Shown here: one piece after another, positions 17,830 through 24,000 of the stretch
Layout of the letters: each line of letters opens with the position of its first letter
Position numbering within the stretch: position 1 is the stretch's first letter
Source of the DNA: Chromatiales bacterium
Lineage (GTDB): Bacteria; Pseudomonadota; Gammaproteobacteria; Steroidobacterales; GCA-2729495
Assembly (NCBI GenBank): GCA_020831895.1
Contig: JAFIFS010000038.1
Location: forward strand, 2,166 to 26,165
Direction: 5' to 3'
DNA: 24,000 bases
Position numbers and translations under genes: made by a program
Notes under the pieces: model-generated
What the model was told of the DNA's origin: nothing
Seen by the model: the letters and a program-made list of their open reading frames with translations, nothing else
The model's database searches: none

Positions 17830-18609
17830 TCAGCCCGCCGTATGCCGCCGCCAGGCGAGTCCGAGCATGATGAGGCCGGCCACGATCATCGGCAGGGTCA
17901 GCAGCTGGCCCATCGTCAGCCAGCCGAACGCGATGTATCCGATATGGGCATCGGGGAGCCGGAAGAACTCGACCGAGAAACGGGCGAGTCCGTAGCCCGC
18001 CAGGAACAGTCCGGACACAGCCATGACGGGTCGGCGCCTGGTGGAGAACATCCAGAGGACCACGAACAGCGCAATGCCTTCCAGCGCGGCCTGGTAGAGC
18101 TGGCTTGCGTGACGCGTGATGCCATCGACCACAAAGCCCCAGGGCACGTCGGTCGGCTTGCCCCAGAGCTCTCCATTGATGAAATTGCCGATGCGTCCCG
18201 CGGCCAGGCCAAGCGGCACCAGTGGCGCCAGGAAGTCAGTGACACGGAAGAATCCGGCATCGATGCGGCGCGCAAACAGTGCCATTGCGACCAGTACGCC
18301 GATCAGGCCGCCATGGAACGACATGCCCCCTTCCCAGATGCGCAGCAGGCTCAGGGGGTCGCGCAGGACCTGGTCGAAGCCGTAGAAGAGCGTGTAGCCG
18401 AGCCGGCCACCGATGATCACGCCCAGGGCGCCAAAGAAGATCAGGTCATCGACCTGCTGCGGCGTGACCGGCGAGTCTGCCCGCCGGGCGCGGACACGAC
18501 CGAGCCACCAGGCCAGCACGAAGCCGACCAGGTACATCAGGCCATACCAGCGCACGGCCAGCGGGCCGAGCTCGAAGGCGACGGGACTGATGTCCGGGTA
18601 GTTCAGCAT
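17830..18609 (-). CDS. lgt: Phosphatidylglycerol--prolipoprotein diacylglyceryl transferase Lgt
   Basis: 259-aa polytopic protein colinear with E. coli Lgt ([54 protein letters not shown]). The lgt-thyA adjacency matches E. coli and Pseudomonas. Confidence 0.95.
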   Translation of the reverse strand: MLNYPDISPVAFELGPLAVRWYGLMYLVGFVLAWWLGRVRARRADSPVTPQQVDDLIFFGALGVIIGGRLGYTLFYGFDQVLRDPLSLLRIWEGGMSFHGGLIGVLVAMALFARRIDAGFFRVTDFLAPLVPLGLAAGRIGNFINGELWGKPTDVPWGFVVDGITRHASQLYQAALEGIALFVVLWMFSTRRRPVMAVSGLFLAGYGLARFSVEFFRLPDAHIGYIAFGWLTMGQLLTLPMIVAGLIMLGLAWRRHTAG

Positions 18610-18623
18610 CGACGAGGTACTGC

Positions 18624-19646
18624 TCAGCGTAGGGCAGGCACCACCTGCTCCCCGATGATACGCAATCCATCCATCGGGTCATCATGCAGGCGCAGCGCGA
18701 TCTCGGTCAGTCCCGCCTTGCCGAACAGCCGGAACCGCTCGATCTCGCGGTCGAGGTCCTCCAGGCCGCCAGTCGAGGTCAAACCCTCGCAAAGCCGGTT
18801 CGAGACGTCTTCGGGCACCTCGTCGACGTGACCGCTGCGATTGAAGTAGGCCGCGACGTAGGCGTCGTAGTTTTCGCGGACCAGCGCGACCTCGTCCTCG
18901 CTGAGAAACAGCGCCAGCAGCTCCTCATCGAGCTTGCGCGCGCGCCAGGGCAGCTCACGGCGCGACTCCCGGTAAGCCTCGGTACGATCAGCCTTGATGT
19001 GCCAGCCCCAGAAGGTATTTACGCGGAAGTCCCGGGCCGGTTCGCTGCGCTTCGCATAGCCCTCGCGAACTGCGTCCATCGCCGGACCCACGAACTCGGG
19101 CGGCGTGCAGCCGATGTAGACACCGTCGGCCACGCGGCCTTCCATGCGCATCATCATCGGCCGGTAGGCCGTGCCGTAGACGCAGGGCGGGCTTGCCGTC
19201 AGCCATGGATAGGCGCAGGGGAAGTTGACGCTGAAGTCCTCACCCTTGTATCCCTCTCCCAGCCGGCCGTTGGCCGCGGCGATGATGATCTCCAGCGCCT
19301 CGCGGACCGCCCGGACGACCTTGGGCGGCTTGGCCAGCGCCATCGCATCGATATTGCCCTCGCCGGCACCCACGGCGATCACCGCCCGACCGTCCGACAT
19401 TTCGTTGAGCGTCAGCAGCCCGTTGGCGATCTTCAGCGGGTGCATCTCGAAAGGACTGACCGCAAGCGGCCCCATCTTGATGCGGCTGGTCGTCTGGGCC
19501 AGGGGCACCAGAGAGATGAACGGGTCCCAGTGGGCGAAGTAGTTGGACGTCCAGACAGCGCGAATACCAAGCTTCTCGGCCGCCTGGCCGAGCTCGACGA
19601 TCTGCCGCGGGGTAAGATCCGGCTCCAGGATGATATCGACTTCCAC
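18624..19646 (-). CDS. Luciferase-like (LLM) flavin/F420-dependent oxidoreductase, Mer-like
   Basis: 340 aa. GTG start with GGAGA 7 nt upstream. TIM-barrel LLM pattern resembling methylene-H4MPT reductase (Mer)-type proteins ([37 protein letters not shown]; C-terminal [13 protein letters not shown]...GEQVVPAL). Substrate and cofactor cannot be called from sequence. Confidence 0.8.
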   Translation of the reverse strand: MEVDIILEPDLTPRQIVELGQAAEKLGIRAVWTSNYFAHWDPFISLVPLAQTTSRIKMGPLAVSPFEMHPLKIANGLLTLNEMSDGRAVIAVGAGEGNIDAMALAKPPKVVRAVREALEIIIAAANGRLGEGYKGEDFSVNFPCAYPWLTASPPCVYGTAYRPMMMRMEGRVADGVYIGCTPPEFVGPAMDAVREGYAKRSEPARDFRVNTFWGWHIKADRTEAYRESRRELPWRARKLDEELLALFLSEDEVALVRENYDAYVAAYFNRSGHVDEVPEDVSNRLCEGLTSTGGLEDLDREIERFRLFGKAGLTEIALRLHDDPMDGLRIIGEQVVPALR

Positions 19647-19673
19647 AGCGTTCTCCGCAGGCGTGAATGAGGG

Positions 19674-19699
19674 CGGATCCGGGCCCGGGCCCCGATCCG
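19674..19699. promoter_or_regulatory. Near-perfect 26-bp palindrome in the divergent control region
   Basis: CGGATCCGGGCC-cg-GGCCCCGATCCG, with 11 of 12 arm positions complementary. It lies 28-53 nt upstream of the LLM oxidoreductase GTG. Candidate operator or hairpin. Confidence 0.3.
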
Positions 19700-19715
19700 G
19701 GGCGCCAAGAATACC

Positions 19716-19728
19716 AGCCTGTCAGGCT
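19716..19728. promoter_or_regulatory. Perfect 13-bp palindrome AGCCTG-t-CAGGCT
   Basis: Read directly from the sequence. It sits in the same 174-nt spacer between the LLM gene and the DUF4870-like/recQ unit. Confidence 0.25.
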
Positions 19729-19820
19729 TCCTGCCGGGCCGCGTGCGGGCCGCTTGCCCCGGCCTGTCCCGGGCAGTAGTCTCGGCCACCGGGCCCCGTT
19801 TCGCGTGCAGGAGATCGAAC

Positions 19821-20171
19821 ATGAGCGATGACAAGATGCCCGAGCCGCGCAACGATCAGCTGCCGCAGTGGCTGATGCTGGTGCTCGCCTACTGTGGACC
19901 GCTCGGGCTGATACCGTATTTCGTCATGGCCGATGACCCGTTCGTACGCTGGCATGCGCGCCAGGGGCTCACGCTGACAGGCGTCTGGATCCTGCTGCTG
20001 CTGACGCTGAGCTTCCTGGCGATGATGCCGCTGCTCGGAGTGCTGTTCATGCTCCTGGCGCCCATCGTCTGGCTGGCTGCGTTCGCCATGGTCGTGGTCG
20101 GCATTGTATTCGCGTTGCGCGGCGAGCGCTGGCGGATGCCCGTGATCGCGGAACTCGCCGACAAGTGGTAG
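19821..20171 (+). CDS. Small integral membrane protein, DUF4870-like
   Basis: ATG at 19821 is preceded by AGGAG (19809-19813). The track start at 19743 is over-extended. 116 aa with about 3 TM segments and the DUF4870-like pattern ([25 protein letters not shown]; C-terminal [12 protein letters not shown]). Its stop lies 4 nt past the end of the recQ GTG start codon (7-nt overlap). Confidence 0.65.
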   Translation: MSDDKMPEPRNDQLPQWLMLVLAYCGPLGLIPYFVMADDPFVRWHARQGLTLTGVWILLLLTLSFLAMMPLLGVLFMLLAPIVWLAAFAMVVVGIVFALRGERWRMPVIAELADKW

Positions 20172-21997
20172 ACGCCGCCCGGCGCATACTTCGCGAGGTC
20201 TTCGGCTACGATTCCTTCCGGCCGCTGCAGCAGGCGGTCATCGACAAGCTGGTCACCGGGCAGGATGCACTGCTGCTGATGCCGACCGGCGGCGGCAAGT
20301 CCCTCTGCTACCAGGTGCCGTCCCTCGTGCGGGAGGGCACCGGCATCGTCGTCTCGCCACTGATCGCACTGATGCAGGACCAGGTGACTACGCTGCGCCA
20401 GGCAGGTGTGAGTGCGGCGTTCCTGAACTCGTCGCTGAGCCGCAGCGAGGCTGCCCGCACCGAGCAGGCACTGCTGGACGGAGAGCTTGACCTGCTCTAC
20501 ATGGCTCCCGAACGCCTGCTCCAGGAGCGCACGCTGCAGCTGCTCGAGCAGGTGAGGATTGCCCTGTTCGCCATCGACGAGGCGCACTGTGTCTCGCAAT
20601 GGGGCCACGATTTCCGGCCTGAGTACATGCAGCTCCATGTGCTTGCCGACCGATTTCCGGGCGTTCCCCGCGTCGCGCTCACCGCCACGGCAGAGCCGCG
20701 CACACAACGGGAGATCCGCGAGCGCCTGGCGCTGACGGATGCGGAACTGTTCATCAGCAGCTTCGACCGGCCCAACATCCGTTACGCGATCCGCCCCGGC
20801 CAGGGCAACGTGCGTGACCAGCTGCTGCGCTTCATCCGCGAGGAGCACCCTGGCGAGGCCGGGATCGTCTACTGCCTCGCCCGCCAGCGGGTGGACGACA
20901 TCGCGGCATGGCTGTCGTCGCAGGGCATCCCGGCACTGCCCTACCATGCCGGCCTCGATGCTCAGACCCGTGCCAGGCACCAGCAGCGCTTCATCCGCGA
21001 AGACAGCATCGTCATGGTTGCGACCATCGCGTTCGGCATGGGTATCGACAAGCCCGACGTCCGCTTCGTTGCCCACCTGAACCTCCCGAAAAGCATCGAA
21101 GCCTACTACCAGGAGACCGGACGTGCCGGGCGCGACGGCCTGCCCTCGGATGCGCTGATGTTCTATGGCCTGCAGGATGCGATAGCGATCGGCCAGATGC
21201 TCGCGGCCTCCGAGGCCGCAGAGGCACACAAGCGCAGCGAGCATCACAGGCTGCAGGCCATGCTGGCACTGTGCGAGATGAGTGGCTGCCGGCGCCAGGC
21301 CCTGCTCGGCTGGTTCGGCGAAAGGCTGGAAAAGCCCTGCGGCAACTGCGACAACTGCCTTTCTCCGCCGGAGACCTGGGATGCCACGGTGGCAGCGCGA
21401 AAGGCGCTGTCCTGCGTGCACAGGACCGGGCAGCGTTTCGGGGTCAACTACCTCGTGCAAGTACTGACGGGGCGCGACGATGCCCGCATCCGGGGCTTCG
21501 GTCACGACCGGCTGAGCACCTTCGGCATCGGCACCGACCTGGGCCCCGCCGAATGGCGCAGCGTATTCCGCCAGCTGATCGGGCTGGGCCTGCTGACCGT
21601 CGATGTGGATGGCCACGGCAGCCTCAGGCTGCATGAGCGTTGCCGCCCTCTGCTGCGCGGCGAGCAGGCACTGGAACTGCGCCGGGATGCACTCCCGTCG
21701 CGCCGGGACCGGCGCTCATCGCCGCGCACGACTGCACCCGCCGCGGGCCTGACAGATCCTGCCGACCAGCTTCTGTTTGAGAACCTGCGAAGGCAGCGGC
21801 GCGTTCTGGCAGAGCAGCAGGGCGTCCCACCCTACGTGATCTTCCACGATGCGACTCTGGTCGAGATGGTGCGCAGGCGCCCGGCCACGACACAGGCGCT
21901 TTCGGCGATCTCCGGCGTCGGGGAACGCAGGCTTGCAGCCTATGGCGAGGCGTTTCTCGCAGTGATCAACGAGATGTCAGACTCAAACGCGACCTGA
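20165..21997 (+). CDS. recQ: ATP-dependent DNA helicase RecQ
   Basis: 610 aa. Helicase motifs ([71 protein letters not shown]). Zn-binding cysteines (CRRQ...CGNCDNC). RQC domain and C-terminal HRDC domain ([25 protein letters not shown]). GTG start. Confidence 0.95.
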   Translation: MVDAARRILREVFGYDSFRPLQQAVIDKLVTGQDALLLMPTGGGKSLCYQVPSLVREGTGIVVSPLIALMQDQVTTLRQAGVSAAFLNSSLSRSEAARTEQALLDGELDLLYMAPERLLQERTLQLLEQVRIALFAIDEAHCVSQWGHDFRPEYMQLHVLADRFPGVPRVALTATAEPRTQREIRERLALTDAELFISSFDRPNIRYAIRPGQGNVRDQLLRFIREEHPGEAGIVYCLARQRVDDIAAWLSSQGIPALPYHAGLDAQTRARHQQRFIREDSIVMVATIAFGMGIDKPDVRFVAHLNLPKSIEAYYQETGRAGRDGLPSDALMFYGLQDAIAIGQMLAASEAAEAHKRSEHHRLQAMLALCEMSGCRRQALLGWFGERLEKPCGNCDNCLSPPETWDATVAARKALSCVHRTGQRFGVNYLVQVLTGRDDARIRGFGHDRLSTFGIGTDLGPAEWRSVFRQLIGLGLLTVDVDGHGSLRLHERCRPLLRGEQALELRRDALPSRRDRRSSPRTTAPAAGLTDPADQLLFENLRRQRRVLAEQQGVPPYVIFHDATLVEMVRRRPATTQALSAISGVGERRLAAYGEAFLAVINEMSDSNAT

Positions 21998-22029
21998 AGC
22001 GCCACCCGGCCAGGGTCCCGTTCCGGTTC

Positions 22030-24000
22030 TCAACGTCTGGCAGGACTGGCCGTGCAGGGGTCCTCGGGCCAGGCGTGCTTCGGGTAACGCCCCTTGAGCT
22101 CCTTGCGCACATCTGGATAGCCGTTGGCCCAGAAGCTCGCCAGATCCCGCGTGATCTGGACCGGGCGCCGGGCGGGTGACAGCAGGTGCAGGGTCAGCGG
22201 CAGCTGGCCGTCGGCGACGCGGGGGGTCTCGGCGAGACCGAACAGCTCCTGCAGCTTCACCGCAAGCACAGGGTCCGGGCCGGCCAGGTAGTCGATTGCA
22301 ATGCGCGAGCCACTGGGCACGGGGACGTGGGTCGGCAGCAGCCGGTCGAGCTCCCGCGCCAGGCCGAAATCAAGGCGGGCACGCAGGACGCCGGTGAGAT
22401 CGAGGCGGGCCAGCTGGGCCGTGCGCGAGACGCCGTCCAGCCAGGGGCCGAGCCATTCCGACAGCGTGCCCATCAGCGCCTCGTCGCCCAGGTCAGGCCA
22501 GCCGCGATCGGGCTGCAGCCGGCGCGCAAGCGCGATGCGTGCCCTCAGCGTACGCGCCTCCCTGGTCCAGGGCAGGCTGTCCGGCCCCAGGCCTGCCAGT
22601 CCCTGGAGCAGCGCATGGCGAACCTGCTCGCGATCCGGTGAGGGCAAGGGCTCATCGGCGATCAGCAGCGCATCGAGCCAGCGCTGCCGCCTGGCGATCA
22701 CGCCCTGGACATGCGGGTCCCAGCTGATCTCGTCGCGGGCCTGGATGCGGGTGCCGAACAGCTGCTCCAGGTCAGCCAGCGACAGCGGCGCGGCAAGGCG
22801 GATGCGCGCCTCGCTGTCGCCGTCCTCGAGATCGGCGACGGCCAGAAAGCCGGCGCTGCAGAGCGGATCGTGCGGCGGGAGCCATGCACCACGACCATTG
22901 CTCAGCCGGTAGCGTCCGCCACCGGTGCTGCGTCGCTGGGCGATCCGGTCCGGATAGGCCAGTGCCAGCAGGCGCCCGGCCGCATCGACTTCGACCGGTG
23001 CCTCTTCGGCGCCGAGCTGGCGCAGCAGCAACCCCCGCGTGCGCCGGATGGCTGCTATCGCCCCACGGTCGGCATTGCTGGTTCCTCCAGGCGCGAACAG
23101 TGCCAGCCGGCTGCGCAGATCCGTATCGACCGCCGGTTCGCTGCGGGCCAGGGGATCGCGCTCGCCGAGCAGCGCCGCGAGCGTCGCGCCGGTCATTGCG
23201 AGGCCCCGCTCGCGCGCCAGCAGCAGCAGGTGGGCCAGACGCGGGTGTGTGCCCAGCCGGGCCATCGCACGCCCATGGCCGGTGATCCGCCCATCTTCAT
23301 CGAGGGCGCCAAGGCGCAGCAGCAGGGCTTTCGCCTGGGCCAGCGCGCCCGGAGGTGGGGGGTCGAGCCAGCTGAGCTCGCCAGCTTCACTGCCCCAGCC
23401 GGCGAGCTCCAGCGCCAGGGGTGCCAGGTCCGCTTCGAGTATCTCTGCCCGGGCCTGCGACGACAGCTGCCGCTGCTCGGTCCCGGTCCACAGCCTGAGA
23501 CAGACGCCGGGCCCCAGACGCCCGGCACGGCCCCGGCGCTGCTCAGCGGAGCTCTGGGCGATTCGCGTGGTGACGAGACGGCTCATGCCGCTGCGTGGAT
23601 CGAAACGCGGCCGTCGCTCCAGCCCGCTGTCGATCACGATCCCGATACCGTCTATCGTCAGGCTGGTTTCCGCGATATTGGTTGCCAGAACGATGCGGCG
23701 GCGGCCCTCCGCGTCAGGGCGCAGCGCTGCTGCCTGTTGCTCACGCGCGAGCTCGCCATAGAGCGGCAGGATGGCGAGTCGCTGCCCGGCCAGGTCCTGG
23801 TCAAGCCTTGCAGCCAGCTGGCGTATCTCTCCGGCACCCGGCAGGAAGACGAGGATGTCACCCTGAAACTCCTCGAGGGCGCGCCGGACAGCAGCAGCCG
23901 CGAGGCGTAACAGGCCTTGGCCTGCGCTGCGCGGCAGGTACAGGGTATCGACGGGGTAGCTGAGCCCCTCCGCGCGGACCCGCGCTGCTCCCGGCAGGAG
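22030..24000 (-). CDS. hrpB: ATP-dependent RNA helicase HrpB (DEAH family), 5' end beyond the window
   Basis: My manual translation upstream of the track start (23637) stays in frame with no stop up to nt 24000: ...LLPGAARVRAEGLSYPVDTLYLPR...GDILVFLPGAGEIR...ILPLYGELAREQQ...RRIVLATNIAETSLTIDGIGIVIDSGLERRPRFDP...SSAEQRRGRAGR. Helicase C motifs are followed by HA2 and HrpB C-terminal regions. Confidence 0.92.
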   Translation of the reverse strand, partial: LLPGAARVRAEGLSYPVDTLYLPRSAGQGLLRLAAAAVRRALEEFQGDILVFLPGAGEIRQLAARLDQDLAGQRLAILPLYGELAREQQAAALRPDAEGRRRIVLATNIAETSLTIDGIGIVIDSGLERRPRFDPRSGMSRLVTTRIAQSSAEQRRGRAGRLGPGVCLRLWTGTEQRQLSSQARAEILEADLAPLALELAGWGSEAGELSWLDPPPPGALAQAKALLLRLGALDEDGRITGHGRAMARLGTHPRLAHLLLLARERGLAMTGATLAALLGERDPLARSEPAVDTDLRSRLALFAPGGTSNADRGAIAAIRRTRGLLLRQLGAEEAPVEVDAAGRLLALAYPDRIAQRRSTGGGRYRLSNGRGAWLPPHDPLCSAGFLAVADLEDGDSEARIRLAAPLSLADLEQLFGTRIQARDEISWDPHVQGVIARRQRWLDALLIADEPLPSPDREQVRHALLQGLAGLGPDSLPWTREARTLRARIALARRLQPDRGWPDLGDEALMGTLSEWLGPWLDGVSRTAQLARLDLTGVLRARLDFGLARELDRLLPTHVPVPSGSRIAIDYLAGPDPVLAVKLQELFGLAETPRVADGQLPLTLHLLSPARRPVQITRDLASFWANGYPDVRKELKGRYPKHAWPEDPCTASPARR

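Noticed and set aside
19675-19693. Cluster of restriction-site palindromes (GGATCC, GGGCCC, CCCGGG) resembling a cloning polylinker
   Set aside because: The flanking sequence is continuous native-looking chromosome. The composition alone makes such sites likely, and I see no vector backbone features.
19889-21634. 581-aa minus-strand ORF opposite recQ
   Set aside because: It is the longest shadow ORF in the window. The recQ frame carries all helicase, Zn-finger and HRDC motifs, whereas this frame has none.
22711-23910. 399-aa plus-strand ORF opposite hrpB
   Set aside because: Antisense to hrpB. Low-complexity Arg/Ala/Gln-rich translation.
23637-24000. Apparent hrpB start at 23637, which might suggest a truncated or pseudogenised helicase
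   Set aside because: My manual reverse-complement translation of 23638-24000 continues in frame with no stop and encodes the expected DEAH-helicase motifs (LVFLPG, LPLYG, VLATNIAETSLTI). The gene simply runs off the window.
1-24000. Window-wide scan for CRISPR repeats, IS or transposon ends, integrases, toxin-antitoxin pairs and defence-system gene sets
   Set aside because: No periodic repeats, no terminal inverted repeats and no recombinase or nuclease-type ORFs were seen. Every sizeable coding frame is accounted for by conserved housekeeping genes, except the three small or unknown genes reported in the findings.

Overview
This window is very GC-rich, densely packed core chromosome from a Gammaproteobacterium. 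I cannot place the genus from sequence alone. I see 24 protein-coding genes and no rRNA, tRNA, CRISPR array, transposase, integrase, phage gene or recognisable defence gene.

Gene order:
- (+) mreC (5' partial)-mreD-mrdA(PBP2)-rodA-mltB-rlpA-dacA-dat-ybeD-lipB. This string is almost gap-free, with many ATGA/GTGA stop-start overlaps.
- (-) murU, whose 3' end overlaps lipB convergently.
- (+) lptD-surA-pdxA-rsmA(ksgA)-apaG-apaH, followed by a small orphan secreted protein.
- (-) a Mer-like luciferase-like (LLM) oxidoreductase, then lgt and thyA.
- (+) a DUF4870-like small membrane protein overlapping recQ.
- (-) hrpB, whose 5' end runs off the window.

Most ORF-track entries are antisense or out-of-frame shadow ORFs of the kind expected in high-GC DNA. 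Several track ORFs also start upstream of the true start (rodA, dat, ybeD, lipB, surA, apaG and the DUF4870-like gene).

My assessment is that this is an ordinary housekeeping region. I do not see a convincing novel multi-gene system. The items most worth a second look are modest:
- the Mer-like LLM oxidoreductase placed directly upstream of lgt-thyA;
- the orphan secreted protein after apaH;
- murU without its usual partner amgK;
- dat embedded in the dacA-ybeD-lipB string;
- a palindrome-rich divergent control region at 19647-19820;
- the small membrane protein overlapping recQ.
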